NCBI GenBank assembly: GCA_015060965.1 | Contig: SUXN01000012.1 | Span: forward strand, 10-64,009 | DNA: 64,000 nt | Source of the DNA: Bacteroidales bacterium | GTDB lineage: Bacteria; Bacteroidota; Bacteroidia; Bacteroidales; Bacteroidaceae | Direction: 5' to 3' | Part shown: positions 18,228 through 28,456 of the stretch, in pieces | Position numbering within the stretch: position 1 is the stretch's first letter | How the letters are laid out: each line of letters begins with the position of its first letter | Notes under the pieces: generated by a model | Database searches by the model: none | Seen by the model: only the letters and a program-made list of their open reading frames with translations | What the model was told of the DNA's origin: nothing | Translations under genes and position numbers: made by a program

Positions 18228-20747
18228 ATGAGCAATGAATTTTCGCAGAAAATAACAGAGATACTTTCACTGGGCAAGGAAGAGGCAACCCGCCTGCGCA
18301 GCAAGACCATAAACCCCGAGCATCTGCTGTTGGGTATAATACGCCGCGGCAAAGGAAGCGCGCTTGACATGCTCAGGAGCATGAACGTGGACCTGCAGGG
18401 GATAAAGGAGGCTATTGAGGAAAGAAGCCCCCTTGCATCGGCAGCAGACCTGCCGTTCGACGAGAATGTAGAGATGAGCCTGAGCACAGCCCGCGTGCTA
18501 CGTTTCTGCACACTCGAGGCACGCGCTTTCAAGGCCGTTGCTGACGCCGAACATCTGCTGTTGGGCATTCTCAAGGAGAGGAACAACCTTGCAGCAGAGA
18601 TTCTGGAGGCAAACGACCTCACATACCCAAGGATTTTTGACTCGATAAAATCAATGACACCCGACACCAACAACATCACAAACGGATTCGGCTTCACCGA
18701 CCACGATGACGAAGAGGAGAGCCTACCGAGCAACAACAGCAGCCAACAGCAGCACGCCACAGGTACACAGCAGGCAAAGCCGTCGAATGACACACCCGTG
18801 CTGGACAACTTCGGTGTAGACATGACTAAGGCAGCAAGCGAGGGAAAGCTTGACCCCGTTGTAGGCCGCGAGAAGGAGATTGAGCGTATATCACAGATTC
18901 TGAGCCGCCGCAAGAAGAACAACCCTATTCTCATCGGTGAGCCCGGAGTGGGCAAATCGGCTATAGTAGAAGGACTTGCACAACGCATCGTGGAGCGCAG
19001 GACCTCGCGCATGTTGTTCGAGAAACGCATCATCGCGCTCGACATGACAGCTGTGGTGGCAGGAACAAAATACCGCGGACAGTTCGAGGAGCGTCTCAGA
19101 GCCATAATAACCGAGCTTGAGAACAACCCGAACATTATCCTTTTCATCGACGAGATACATACCATTGTGGGAGCAGGCTCAACACCCGGCTCAATGGATG
19201 CCGCCAACATCCTCAAGCCCGCCCTTGCGCGCGGCGAGATACAGTGCATCGGTGCAACCACAATAGACGAGTACCGCAAGACAATAGAAAAGGACGGTGC
19301 TCTTGAGCGCCGTTTCCAGAAGGTGCTTGTAGAGCCCACATCCCCCGAGGACACATATACCATCCTCAAGAACATAAAGGAGCGCTACGAGAACCACCAT
19401 AATGTCACATATACTGACGAGGCTCTGCTTGCGTGTGTCAAATTGACAGACAGATACATCACTGACCGTTGTTTCCCCGACAAGGCAATCGATGCCATGG
19501 ATGAGACCGGAGCACACATGCACATTAGCAACATAAAGGTGCCCAAGGAGATTGAGGAGCAGGAGGCACTCATAGACCACACCAACAAGGAGAAGAATGC
19601 AGCGGTGAAGAGACAGGACTTCGAGAGCGCGGCAAACCTGCGAGACAAGGAGAAAGAGCTTCAGGCGCAGCTTGCAAATATGAAGGCTGAATGGGAGAAG
19701 AGCCTCATCGACAGCCGTCAGACCGTTGACGAAGAGGAGGTTGCACGGATAGTATCAATGATTTCCGGCGTACCTATGCAACGTATGCAGCAGGATGAGT
19801 GGACACGTCTCAAGGGCATGCACCAGGAGCTCAACGGCAAGGTCATTGCCCAGGAGAAGGCCATCGAGAAACTGACAAAAGCGATACAGCGCAGCCGTGT
19901 AGGACTGCAGAACCCCAATAAGCCTATCGGCACATTCATGTTCCTGGGACCTACGGGTGTGGGAAAGACCCTGCTGGCAAAGGAGCTTGCAAAATTCATG
20001 TTCGGCAGCGCAGATGCCCTTATCCGCATCGACATGAGCGAGTACATGGAGAAATTCACCGTATCGCGACTTGTGGGAGCGCCTCCGGGATATGTAGGAT
20101 ATGAGGAGGGCGGACAGCTCACAGAGCGTGTACGTCGTCGTCCCTACTCCATTGTACTGCTCGACGAGATAGAGAAGGCGCACACCGACGTTTTCAACCT
20201 GTTGCTTCAGGTTATGGACGAGGGACGCCTTACCGACAGCTACGGCCGCACGGTAGACTTCCGCAACACGGTGCTCATAATGACATCGAACGTGGGTACA
20301 CGCGAGTTGAAGGACTTCGGAGCCGGCATCGGATTTGCCAAGGACGAACGCGCCGGAAGCAAGGAGCACTCACGCGATGTGATACAGAAGGCACTCAACA
20401 AGCGTTTTGCGCCGGAGTTCCTAAACCGTATCGACGAAATCATCAACTTTGACCAGCTCGGCCTTGATGCAATTGTAAACATCGTTGACCTTGAGCTCTC
20501 GCAGATTGTAAAGCGAGTGACAGAGTTGGGATACAGCATCGAGCTCACCCCTGAGGCAAAGACGTTCCTCGCGAACAAGGGATATGATATCCAGTACGGC
20601 GCCCGCCCGCTCAAGCGTGCGTTGCAGAATTATATCGAGGACGAGATTTCACAGCTGTTGCTCGACAATGCACTGCAACAGGGTGACACAATCCACGTTG
20701 ACGCAACGGAAGGCAGCGACAAACTGACATTCACGGTAAGGCAATAA
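18228..20747 (+). CDS. clpC: ATP-dependent Clp protease ATP-binding subunit (ClpC-type AAA+ chaperone)
   Basis: Two Clp_N repeats, two Walker A sites ([16 protein letters not shown]) and a short middle domain. A D/E/Q/S-rich linker follows the N domain. Confidence 0.85.
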   Translation: MSNEFSQKITEILSLGKEEATRLRSKTINPEHLLLGIIRRGKGSALDMLRSMNVDLQGIKEAIEERSPLASAADLPFDENVEMSLSTARVLRFCTLEARAFKAVADAEHLLLGILKERNNLAAEILEANDLTYPRIFDSIKSMTPDTNNITNGFGFTDHDDEEESLPSNNSSQQQHATGTQQAKPSNDTPVLDNFGVDMTKAASEGKLDPVVGREKEIERISQILSRRKKNNPILIGEPGVGKSAIVEGLAQRIVERRTSRMLFEKRIIALDMTAVVAGTKYRGQFEERLRAIITELENNPNIILFIDEIHTIVGAGSTPGSMDAANILKPALARGEIQCIGATTIDEYRKTIEKDGALERRFQKVLVEPTSPEDTYTILKNIKERYENHHNVTYTDEALLACVKLTDRYITDRCFPDKAIDAMDETGAHMHISNIKVPKEIEEQEALIDHTNKEKNAAVKRQDFESAANLRDKEKELQAQLANMKAEWEKSLIDSRQTVDEEEVARIVSMISGVPMQRMQQDEWTRLKGMHQELNGKVIAQEKAIEKLTKAIQRSRVGLQNPNKPIGTFMFLGPTGVGKTLLAKELAKFMFGSADALIRIDMSEYMEKFTVSRLVGAPPGYVGYEEGGQLTERVRRRPYSIVLLDEIEKAHTDVFNLLLQVMDEGRLTDSYGRTVDFRNTVLIMTSNVGTRELKDFGAGIGFAKDERAGSKEHSRDVIQKALNKRFAPEFLNRIDEIINFDQLGLDAIVNIVDLELSQIVKRVTELGYSIELTPEAKTFLANKGYDIQYGARPLKRALQNYIEDEISQLLLDNALQQGDTIHVDATEGSDKLTFTVRQ

Positions 20748-20891
20748 GAAGCTGTTTATAAAAGGCTCAGGAGTTTGCGCTCTTGGGCCTTTATTATATC
20801 CATAATCAAGAAACAGAAGAAATAGAACCTTGTGGAAGAATATTTTCCATAAAGTTTTGCAACAGGCAGTATTTTTTATTAAATTTGCTTC

Positions 20892-21872
20892 GTGGAAAAT
20901 TTGGTTAAATATACATCGAAGCTTATCGCGCAACACAACTGCGTGATTATCCCTGAGTTGGGCGCATTCTTGGCACACAGCATCCCTGCGTCGTACAATG
21001 TAGAGGACGGAATTTTCATGCCCCCTCACCGCACTTTGGGCTTCAACTCCCAGATAACAATTGACGATGCCCTGCTGCTGTCAGAGTATATCGACGAGCA
21101 ACAGCTTACCTACGAGGAGGCCGGCAAGGCATTGCATAAGGATGTCGCCAATCTCCGTTATGAGCTCTCATCAAAGGGCACCGTACGTTTTGGAGAGCTT
21201 GGCACATTCTCAATGAACGTGACAGGCAACATCACATTCGACCCTGCCCCGAACGGCATTGACGACCCTTACAACTTCGGATTCGAGCCTATTCTCATTC
21301 CACTACTCAGCGAATGTGACAAGAACGACATTGTCATCAAGCGCCGCTCAATAAAGAAATATGTATCAGTCGCCGTTGCGGCATTGCTTACATTCTTCAT
21401 CTTCTCACCGGTGGGAGACAGTGCTTATGAGCCATCATTGAAGGCCGGCTTTACAGCAGGAGAGACTATGCCTGTTGTAAAGGAGGCTGCAAAAGAGGTT
21501 ACAACAACAGGACTTTGCGAGATTGAGCCTGTTGCAGACACCGTAACAGAGACAATCATCACAAAGCCACAAGCAGCAGAACCTGCTGTTGAGATTCAGG
21601 CAGAGGCAGTAGAAGCACCAGCAACAGAAGAGCCTGCAAAAATAGATAATGGCCCTACTTATTCAATCATTGTAGCAAGCACACCTAACGAGGAGAAGGC
21701 AAATCTTGCCATTCAGGAGTTGTCGGCAAAGATGCAGGCAGAATACCACGTTGTAAAGGGTGGCGGCAGACACCGTATCGCACACAGCAGCTACTGCAAC
21801 CACAACGAGGCCAACGATGCTCTTGCCCAGGTAAAGGGTACATTCCCCGACGCATGGGTTCTCACACACTAA
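20892..21872 (+). CDS. HU-like (HU-CCDC81-type) N-terminal domain plus C-terminal SPOR domain protein
   Basis: GTG start. The N-terminus (CVIIPELGAFLAH...VRFGELGTF) is like duplicated HU-fold domains. It has one TM segment, and the C-terminus (YSIIVAST...ANDALAQVKGTFPDAWVL) is SPOR-like. Confidence 0.65.
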   Translation: MENLVKYTSKLIAQHNCVIIPELGAFLAHSIPASYNVEDGIFMPPHRTLGFNSQITIDDALLLSEYIDEQQLTYEEAGKALHKDVANLRYELSSKGTVRFGELGTFSMNVTGNITFDPAPNGIDDPYNFGFEPILIPLLSECDKNDIVIKRRSIKKYVSVAVAALLTFFIFSPVGDSAYEPSLKAGFTAGETMPVVKEAAKEVTTTGLCEIEPVADTVTETIITKPQAAEPAVEIQAEAVEAPATEEPAKIDNGPTYSIIVASTPNEEKANLAIQELSAKMQAEYHVVKGGGRHRIAHSSYCNHNEANDALAQVKGTFPDAWVLTH

Positions 21873-21882
21873 AAAGCACATC

Positions 21883-22380
21883 ATGAGTAAAGTTATATGT
21901 CCAAAGTGCGACCATGCCATTGACTTTGATGCCAAAGGCTATAAGATGGGGCAGGCACTTGTCTTTGAGTGCGAGCACTGCCGCAAGAGTTTCACAATAC
22001 GCATTGGAGAGAACGAGGACGACATCCAGACCGAGGACTTCGGCCACGTTGTTGTTATCGAGAACACCTTCTGCTACAAGCAGGTCATCCCCCTTTGCGA
22101 AGGTGACAACATGCTCGGCCGCTACAACAAAGGTACCGTGATTTCACACCCCATTGAGACAAGCGACCCCAGCATGGACCGCCGTCACTGCATAATCAAT
22201 GTAAAGAAAGACTACAGCGGAAGCCTCACCTACACCATCCGCGACAACCAGAGCGTGACAGGAACATTCGTGATGAACCGCATCCTTGGCAACCGCGAGC
22301 GTTTGAGAATTGAGGACGGCGCTATAATCACCCTTGGAGCAACGACACTCATCCTGCACACACCCGAGGGCGAGGAGTAA
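21883..22380 (+). CDS. Zinc-ribbon plus FHA domain protein
   Basis: N-terminal CPKC...CEHC ribbon. The C-terminal FHA-like region has RRHC, GTFV/NR and the ITLG motif. Starts 10 nt after the upstream gene. Confidence 0.7.
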   Translation: MSKVICPKCDHAIDFDAKGYKMGQALVFECEHCRKSFTIRIGENEDDIQTEDFGHVVVIENTFCYKQVIPLCEGDNMLGRYNKGTVISHPIETSDPSMDRRHCIINVKKDYSGSLTYTIRDNQSVTGTFVMNRILGNRERLRIEDGAIITLGATTLILHTPEGEE

Positions 22381-22413
22381 AAGCAAATACCGACAATAGA
22401 CAATTACCGGTTG

Positions 22414-22456
22414 AACAACAGACCGCTTGTAGATTTTTTACAAGCGGTCTGTTGTT
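22414..22456 (+). terminator. Intrinsic terminator
   Basis: Perfect 18-bp stem (aacaacagaccgcttgta / tacaagcggtctgttgtt) followed by a T-rich stretch. Confidence 0.75.
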
Positions 22457-22770
22457 TGATTAACATGAGCTCAATGCAAAATATTATCGAGGCTTACATT
22501 AGTTTTTGGTAATAATATAGATGTTGTCCAAAACGTATCGTGTCATGTTGAACGAAGTGAAACATCCCGCAAAGTCGCTGGCAGAGTCCACTGAAAGATC
22601 CTTGACTTTGGCCCCTCCTGCTTAATGCTAAGGCTGACGCCGCGGGCGTCGACCGTTGGTTCGCATAGCTCAGGATGACACCACCGCAGTAGATATTTGC
22701 ATCAATGGGCAACTCCTATGTTATTGCCTTAGTCTTTACCTCATAGGCAATTTCCGTTATTATTTAACCA

Positions 22771-23541
22771 TTATTCTGGTACAATAGTATTCGTATATAT
22801 CATCCCAGCCCTTTGCAACTGCTCGGGAGCAACATCATTATAATTGTCGAGCGTAAAGAGAGCGACCTTGAAGCGTCTTACCTTATTCATGAATTTATAC
22901 GACGGGTAATAGAGCCCGCTGGTATGCAACGCAAGCCACTCGATGCGCTTTCCTGGGAAGAGCCTGTCAAAAAGAAGATTCTTCACAAGTGCCGAAGACA
23001 AGTCCGGAGCCATGCATGAGTAGAGCACGCGATAATACCCCTCGTCACAAAGCTGCTCATAGTGGGGATAGGAGAATGCCTCTACAACCATACGCTCCTT
23101 GAGCCGCGGAAAAGCCTTTGAAAGCAGAACGGGCGAAGATATCTTGTCGGTAACAAGGTAGAGCCCCTCATTTTCAAGGAAGAACTCCTCTATCATAGGT
23201 GCTGTGAGAGGCGTATAACGCCCATGGATGCGTTGCCGAGCAAAATCAGCCGACGACAGCACACTGTCACCCCAGTGGGAGTTGCCCGTCATCTTGTTGA
23301 AATCTTCCCATGAGTGCGCTGCAACAAGCACACTGTCACTCGCGAGCAGCAAGTCGAGTTCTATGAATTTATATCCACGGGAAGCCGCCTGTTGCAATGC
23401 CTCGAGAGAGTTGGTGTACACATAGCCGTCTATCTCACCGCCGGCATGGGCTATGAGCTCCACGCGCTGCACACGCTCCTGCGTAACACACGACAGGAGC
23501 ATAGGCAACAGCAACAGGAGAGACAGCAAGGACCTTATCAT
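22771..23541 (-). CDS. Glycerophosphodiester phosphodiesterase-family protein (secreted)
   Basis: Signal peptide, then the HAGGE...ELDL...AHSW pattern of the GDPD/PLC-like fold. The start overlaps the pepP stop by 4 nt. Confidence 0.65.
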   Translation of the reverse strand: MIRSLLSLLLLLPMLLSCVTQERVQRVELIAHAGGEIDGYVYTNSLEALQQAASRGYKFIELDLLLASDSVLVAAHSWEDFNKMTGNSHWGDSVLSSADFARQRIHGRYTPLTAPMIEEFFLENEGLYLVTDKISSPVLLSKAFPRLKERMVVEAFSYPHYEQLCDEGYYRVLYSCMAPDLSSALVKNLLFDRLFPGKRIEWLALHTSGLYYPSYKFMNKVRRFKVALFTLDNYNDVAPEQLQRAGMIYTNTIVPE

Positions 23542-25316
23542 ATAGGCGCACAGGCTTTCTCAAGGAATTCAAGCATCTCGCCCTCGAAGAACGGTGACAG
23601 TTTCTCGAACACCACCCTGTGATAATCATTGAGATAAGCACGTTCGGCATCACCGAAAAGCCCGGGCACGATAGGTGTCGTATCTATCGGACACAATGTA
23701 AGCGGCTCAAGAGCATAGAATGTACCGAACTCACCCTCACGGTAAGGAGTGACAATCATGGTATTCTCGATGCGTATACCGTGACGGCCCGCCTTGTAGA
23801 GACCCGGCTCGTTCGTCACTGTCATTCCCGGCACAAGCAGAGCCGGCATATTATTCATACGTATCTGGTGAGGTCCCTCATGGACATTGAGGAAATGTCC
23901 CACTCCATGGCCTGTACCATGCAGATAGTTGTCTCCAGCCTGCCACAACCATTGGCGTGCGAGCACATCGAGCTGTGTGCCGCAAGTTCCGTGGGGGAAC
24001 TTTGCCATGGCAAGAGAGATATGGCCACGGAGGACTCTTGTATAATCCTCGCGCTGCTCCTGTGTGAGAGGGCCCAGAGGTATTGTACGGGTTATATCAG
24101 TGGTACCGCAAGAGTACTGCCCGCCGCAGTCGAGCAACAGGAAGCCCTCGGGCTTGAGCAGTGCATTCTCCTTTTCGTTGGGTTCATAGTGTACAATAGC
24201 GGCATTCTCGCCGTATGCAGCAATGGTAGCAAAGCTCAGGCCGCGGAACAGATGGTCGTCGCTGCGGAACTCGGTGAGCTTGCTGTCCACGTCGAGTTCC
24301 CTCACACCACCGGCCTCAACGGCAGGCTTGAGCCAATGCAGAAGATTCACCATGGCAACGCCCTCGGCAAGCATGGCACGCTCGAAGCCTTCAATCTCAA
24401 CCTCATTCTTGACAGCCTTCATCTTTGCCACAGGCGAGTCACGGAACACCACCTTTTCCTTTGCGACGGATTTTGCCGCAGCGGCATTGCATCGTGAGGG
24501 TTGCATAAGAACCGTACCCTTGCCATACTCCTTGAGAGCCTGCCAGACATCGCCATAGCCTGCAACTGTAATGCCCTGGGCATCCAGACAGCCACGTACC
24601 TCGTCTGTCAGCTTACGTTCATCTACATAAAGCACTGCATCATCAAGAGTCACAAGCATATATGAGACCACAACGGGATTATATTCAACGTCGTTTCCAC
24701 GGAGGTTGGTAAGCCATGCAACCTCATCGAGCATTGTCACCAGCATACCCTCAACCTCCTCGGCCTTCAGCGCCAGGCGCAGACGGGCAATCTTGCTCTG
24801 CGCCGACTCACCGGCAACATCCTCGGGCATAATCTCGGCCTTGCCGAGAGGAAGCGACGGACGCCCCTCCCACAACTCCTCGAACGGGTCTTTTGCAAAA
24901 TCGAACTTTATACCTTTTGCGGCAAGAGAAGCACTCCAGGCATCAGCCTCGACAACGGAACACACCGTACCGTCGACGGCCACCACATCACCTGCATTCA
25001 GGTTCGCGCGCAGCCACTCCACAATAGACGGAGTCTCGCGGTCACCATCCTTCATGAGTGTATATCCGGTTCCCTCAAGAGCCTTGTCCGCAGCAAGCCA
25101 ATAGCGTGAGTCGGTCCACAACAACGCCTTGTCAAGGGTGATGACAGCCGTTCCTGCCGAGCCGTCAAAGCCCGACACCCACTCGCGCGATTTCCAGCAA
25201 TCGGCAACATATTCACTGCTGTGGGGGTCGCTGCTCACCACAACGAATGCACTATAACCATGCGCGCGCATATAGCCACGCAGACTCTCTACTCTTTCGG
25301 GGATATTCTTGTCCAT
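23538..25316 (-). CDS. Xaa-Pro aminopeptidase (M24B, aminopeptidase P type)
   Basis: 592 aa with creatinase-like N domains, and metal ligands in DCGGQY...DITRT...HGTGHGVG...NEPG..IRIEN. Confidence 0.85.
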   Translation of the reverse strand: MDKNIPERVESLRGYMRAHGYSAFVVVSSDPHSSEYVADCWKSREWVSGFDGSAGTAVITLDKALLWTDSRYWLAADKALEGTGYTLMKDGDRETPSIVEWLRANLNAGDVVAVDGTVCSVVEADAWSASLAAKGIKFDFAKDPFEELWEGRPSLPLGKAEIMPEDVAGESAQSKIARLRLALKAEEVEGMLVTMLDEVAWLTNLRGNDVEYNPVVVSYMLVTLDDAVLYVDERKLTDEVRGCLDAQGITVAGYGDVWQALKEYGKGTVLMQPSRCNAAAAKSVAKEKVVFRDSPVAKMKAVKNEVEIEGFERAMLAEGVAMVNLLHWLKPAVEAGGVRELDVDSKLTEFRSDDHLFRGLSFATIAAYGENAAIVHYEPNEKENALLKPEGFLLLDCGGQYSCGTTDITRTIPLGPLTQEQREDYTRVLRGHISLAMAKFPHGTCGTQLDVLARQWLWQAGDNYLHGTGHGVGHFLNVHEGPHQIRMNNMPALLVPGMTVTNEPGLYKAGRHGIRIENTMIVTPYREGEFGTFYALEPLTLCPIDTTPIVPGLFGDAERAYLNDYHRVVFEKLSPFFEGEMLEFLEKACAPI

Positions 25317-25408
25317 AATTTTCTAATGTAGGTATTTACGCAAAAATACAGTTTTTTACGCACAAAGGAAATATATATTGGATTTTCTTATGGATTATAA
25401 GAAGTTAT

Positions 25409-26566
25409 TTACAGTATTACATACGCCGCATAACGGCTTTCGGGCGTTACAGGAGAAAGGTTGAGATAACCGCGGTAAATCCTGCCGTCGCGTACCTCAA
25501 GCGGATGGTTCCTGCAGTTGTTCATGTGTAGCCCGTACGCCTCGCCTGGCTTTTTGTAGAAATCGACAAAGAAACGGCCCTCGGCACCATGCATAACATA
25601 ATTGTCATAGAAAAGACGTGACACAACCCCCATGTTCATACGCAGATTGAGCTCCATGCAAGGATTGAGGCACAGGCGCTCACCACTGCGGTAAACCATC
25701 ATATCCACGCCAAAATATCCGCAGTAACCGCTACCACGTAGCATCGATGAGAGAATCTCCATAAGAAGAGCGCGTACATTATGGAGCGTCTCAAGCGGAA
25801 TAAGATGCGACAGAATCCCCTCTATGCGGCTGTCCGATGCAAGCAGATTGCCCGAGTAAGAGCCCTTATCGGCATCAAAAAGCGAATAGCCGACGAAAGA
25901 GACACCTTGTTCGCCAGCAAAGAACTCCATTGCAAACTCCTGCACCGACTCAAGGAAATGCTCGCACACCACCCCGCCCTGACGCCTGATGACACCCTTG
26001 TAAAAATGCTCCATCGGAGTCTCCACACGACCGATGCCCCACGCAATGCCCTTTCCGCTACCCGACCACGGAGCCTTGACAACACACCGAGGCATGCTGC
26101 CCACAAACGAGGCCACAGCATCGGCATCCTGCAAATATTGCGGCATTGGAGGCACTTCGACACCACGGCCCTTGAACTCTGTCAATATTCTTATAGCCGA
26201 ACGGCGGTTGGAAAGGGAGCGCACTGCATTTACAACCTCATCAGCAGGCAGAATATCTGCAGGGATACCCATAGCCTTGAAGCGGCGTTTCATCTGCGCA
26301 CTCCAGCCCCACGGACGACAACACTCCAACTCGCCCACCATAGAAACCTCATAAGGCAATGCAACAGGAAAAAGCCTTGAAACCTCTTCGCAGAACTGAA
26401 AGTGATTCCTGTCGGGCAACGCAACAGCATTTTCCGTTCCTGCAAACCATAACGGCAGCGAAGCGAGGTCATAGGCAATCCGTGCCGCAGCAGGAGGCGG
26501 ACAATAATTCGCGCCACCGTCGGCAAGAGCAAGGTCATTCTCGGGATTGAAAAGATGCAGTATCAA
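25409..26566 (-). CDS. Conserved hypothetical protein, possibly ATP-grasp-like
   Basis: No clear motifs beyond KAPWSGSGKGI and a C-terminal E..N pattern reminiscent of ATP-grasp enzymes. The functional call is weak. Confidence 0.4.
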   Translation of the reverse strand: MILHLFNPENDLALADGGANYCPPPAAARIAYDLASLPLWFAGTENAVALPDRNHFQFCEEVSRLFPVALPYEVSMVGELECCRPWGWSAQMKRRFKAMGIPADILPADEVVNAVRSLSNRRSAIRILTEFKGRGVEVPPMPQYLQDADAVASFVGSMPRCVVKAPWSGSGKGIAWGIGRVETPMEHFYKGVIRRQGGVVCEHFLESVQEFAMEFFAGEQGVSFVGYSLFDADKGSYSGNLLASDSRIEGILSHLIPLETLHNVRALLMEILSSMLRGSGYCGYFGVDMMVYRSGERLCLNPCMELNLRMNMGVVSRLFYDNYVMHGAEGRFFVDFYKKPGEAYGLHMNNCRNHPLEVRDGRIYRGYLNLSPVTPESRYAAYVIL

Positions 26567-26590
26567 CTCTCAAATACCGTTTTATGCTTC

Positions 26591-27040
26591 TTAATAGATA
26601 TCACGCCCTTTCTTGGACTCACTGTCCTCCTCGTTGACATATTTATTATTGTCAACAACCGTCTTGAAATTAATCGGTATAGACATTTCAGCCCTGACAG
26701 GCTTTCCGTTACGTGTACCTGGCTTCCAGTATTTCATCATCTTTACAACTCGCATAGCCTCTGCATTGAGGGCCGGAGATACAGGCTTCAGCACCCTTAC
26801 TCCTGATATTATACCGTCCATTCCAACAGTGAAACCTACAATAACCTCACCCACCTCGTTGGCGTTACGGGCCTCTGTGGGATATTTCAGTTCTTTAAGA
26901 AGGAACTTGCGCAATGCAGCCTGACCACCGGGATACTCCGGCATGACAATCTTATCCTTTTTCTTACTCTGCGCAGAAACCTCACTTACAGGGGCACCCG
27001 CCAAAAGTAGCAGCAAACAGAATGAAATCAATGTTCTCAT
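26591..27040 (-). CDS. Secreted TonB C-terminal-domain protein
   Basis: Signal peptide followed by a TonB_C-like domain (PEYPGGQAALRKFL...GEVIVGFTV...G....V). It has no N-terminal TM anchor or Pro-rich spacer. Confidence 0.7.
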   Translation of the reverse strand: MRTLISFCLLLLLAGAPVSEVSAQSKKKDKIVMPEYPGGQAALRKFLLKELKYPTEARNANEVGEVIVGFTVGMDGIISGVRVLKPVSPALNAEAMRVVKMMKYWKPGTRNGKPVRAEMSIPINFKTVVDNNKYVNEEDSESKKGRDIY

Positions 27041-27197
27041 ATAGTCTTTTCTTGAAAATATTATGTATGCACCAAGGCATCGTTATATACATTTCTACAA
27101 AAGTAGTAAAATGTCCGCAAACCACGAATTATTGAAAAAAACTTTTACCGGACATAAAAAAGAGAGTCCAACTCTTGGAAAATTGAAAAATTCTCCA

Positions 27198-27205
27198 TAC
27201 CTTTG
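27198..27205 (+). promoter_or_regulatory. -7 promoter box (TACCTTTG)
   Basis: TAnnTTTG match 29 nt upstream of tRNA-His. Confidence 0.45.
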
Positions 27206-27233
27206 CATCGCTTTTGAGAAATAAAGCCAGTAT

Positions 27234-27308
27234 GGTGGTTGTAGTTCAGCTGGTTAGAGCGTCAGATTGTGGTTCTGAATGTCGTGGGTTCGAATCCCAT
27301 CAACCACC
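27234..27308 (+). tRNA. tRNA-His (anticodon GUG)
   Basis: GGTGGTTGTAGTTCAGCTGGTTAGAGCGTCAGATTGTGGTTCTGAATGTCGTGGGTTCGAATCCCATCAACCACC. The extra G-1 pairs with C73, as is typical for tRNA-His. Confidence 0.9.
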
Positions 27309-27319
27309 CGCAAAAAGTT

Positions 27320-27347
27320 AGAGCAGCAAAATTTGCTGCTCTTTTTA
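27320..27347 (+). terminator. Intrinsic terminator after tRNA-His
   Basis: agagcagcaaa / tttgctgctct palindrome followed by TTTT. Confidence 0.7.
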
Positions 27348-27412
27348 TATTTATATGCTTTTCTATAAAAGGCCAAAATGGTTGGAACGACACAATTTGA
27401 AAACCGGCGCGC

Positions 27413-28303
27413 CTATTTTCCTTGCATAGAGAGTTGAATCAAGTACTCCTTAATTTGTCCTGCCGAAGCATTTTTCAGGACTACCCTCTTATCATTGTCA
27501 AGAAGATAAAGAACCGGAAGACCGGGAATGTCATACAATAGTTTCTCGTATATCACTCCCTTGTCATCACAGGCATCAATCCAGTCCGATGGAGCCGGGG
27601 CATTCATCCATGCCTCTGTTTTACCCTCAACACAGACAAACAGGACTTTCAGGCGAGCATTCCCGACAAAGTCATTGAAAACAGGAGAATCAAGCAATTC
27701 GCTCTTTACGATTGAACAGACCTCACACTCCGGATCACCCAGGAACAAGAGAGTATATTCACTCTTCACACGCGAAAGCCTGCCGCGCTTGCCCTCACGC
27801 GTAAGATAACTGAAATCGGCAGCCTCTGTATGCAGGCGGTTCTTCTTTGCCATTTTCAAGTCAAAGGCAAATTGTTCCTTGTTGGCATCATCAAGCCCCT
27901 CAAGCTCATTAACTTTCTCAAGGAGCAGTATGTACAATGATTCATCATAGAGCGGTGACATCGGCTCGGCAAGATACTTCTCACCAAGTGCCATAAAATA
28001 TCGCAGCATCTTCACATTTGCAGCTATCGAAGATGCGAAGTTGGCAAATGCAGCCTCTTTCTCGGTCACGTAAGGCATAATACTTATAAAGTTCGAGAAT
28101 CCCTGTTCCGAGATATCCTTATTGCCAATAAGCGAGTAATCGTCAAAGTCATACCTGTCCCAGTAATGAAGAGCCAGATAGTTGGCCCGCACCTCAGGTC
28201 CTTTCAACGTCTGTGGCACATCGGGCAATGGGAAGCCTGCATTCTGCGCAACTGCGACAAGCGGCAAAAGGAACAGAATCATCAGAAAAAGTTTTCGCGC
28301 CAT
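27413..28303 (-). CDS. DUF5106-like N-terminal domain plus thioredoxin-fold (TlpA-like) protein
   Basis: Start set at MARKLFLMILFLLPLVAVAQ. A conserved N-terminus (PDVPQTL...RANYLALHYWDRYDF) and a CxxC motif (CEVC) sit in the thioredoxin-like C-terminal half. Confidence 0.65.
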   Translation of the reverse strand: MARKLFLMILFLLPLVAVAQNAGFPLPDVPQTLKGPEVRANYLALHYWDRYDFDDYSLIGNKDISEQGFSNFISIMPYVTEKEAAFANFASSIAANVKMLRYFMALGEKYLAEPMSPLYDESLYILLLEKVNELEGLDDANKEQFAFDLKMAKKNRLHTEAADFSYLTREGKRGRLSRVKSEYTLLFLGDPECEVCSIVKSELLDSPVFNDFVGNARLKVLFVCVEGKTEAWMNAPAPSDWIDACDDKGVIYEKLLYDIPGLPVLYLLDNDKRVVLKNASAGQIKEYLIQLSMQGK

Positions 28304-28377
28304 AAACATATTATACATTTTAGGAGACTTCAATATTCATATTGCAAATATAGGATGTTTAACTGTCTTTTCAAAGG

Positions 28378-28427
28378 GCAAAACAGGGCAGAATCTCCTC
28401 TTTTGAACAAGAGGGAACTCCGCCCTG
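28378..28427 (-). terminator. Compound hairpin ending the pilus operon
   Basis: On the minus strand, CAGGGC...CCTC-ttgttcaaaa-GAGG...GCCCTG is followed by TTTT. Confidence 0.45.
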
Positions 28428-28456
28428 ACAATTATCAAAACATACAATACTCAATA

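Noticed and set aside
18209-19375. 388-aa ORF antisense to clpC
   Set aside because: It lies entirely inside the well-supported ClpC coding region on the opposite strand. Its composition is Ser/Arg/Leu-rich and low-complexity, typical of an antisense frame of a conserved gene.
22494-22712. 72-aa minus-strand ORF, and candidate RNase P / SRP / tmRNA / TPP or cobalamin riboswitch identities for this spacer
   Set aside because: The ORF has an implausible composition and no start context. By eye the conserved cores are absent (RNase P GAGGAAAGTCC, SRP GGAAGCAGCC, tmRNA tRNA-like end, TPP CTGAGA...ACCTGA). The cobalamin-like fragments are partial, with no downstream gene on that strand. It is kept only as an unclassified structured region.
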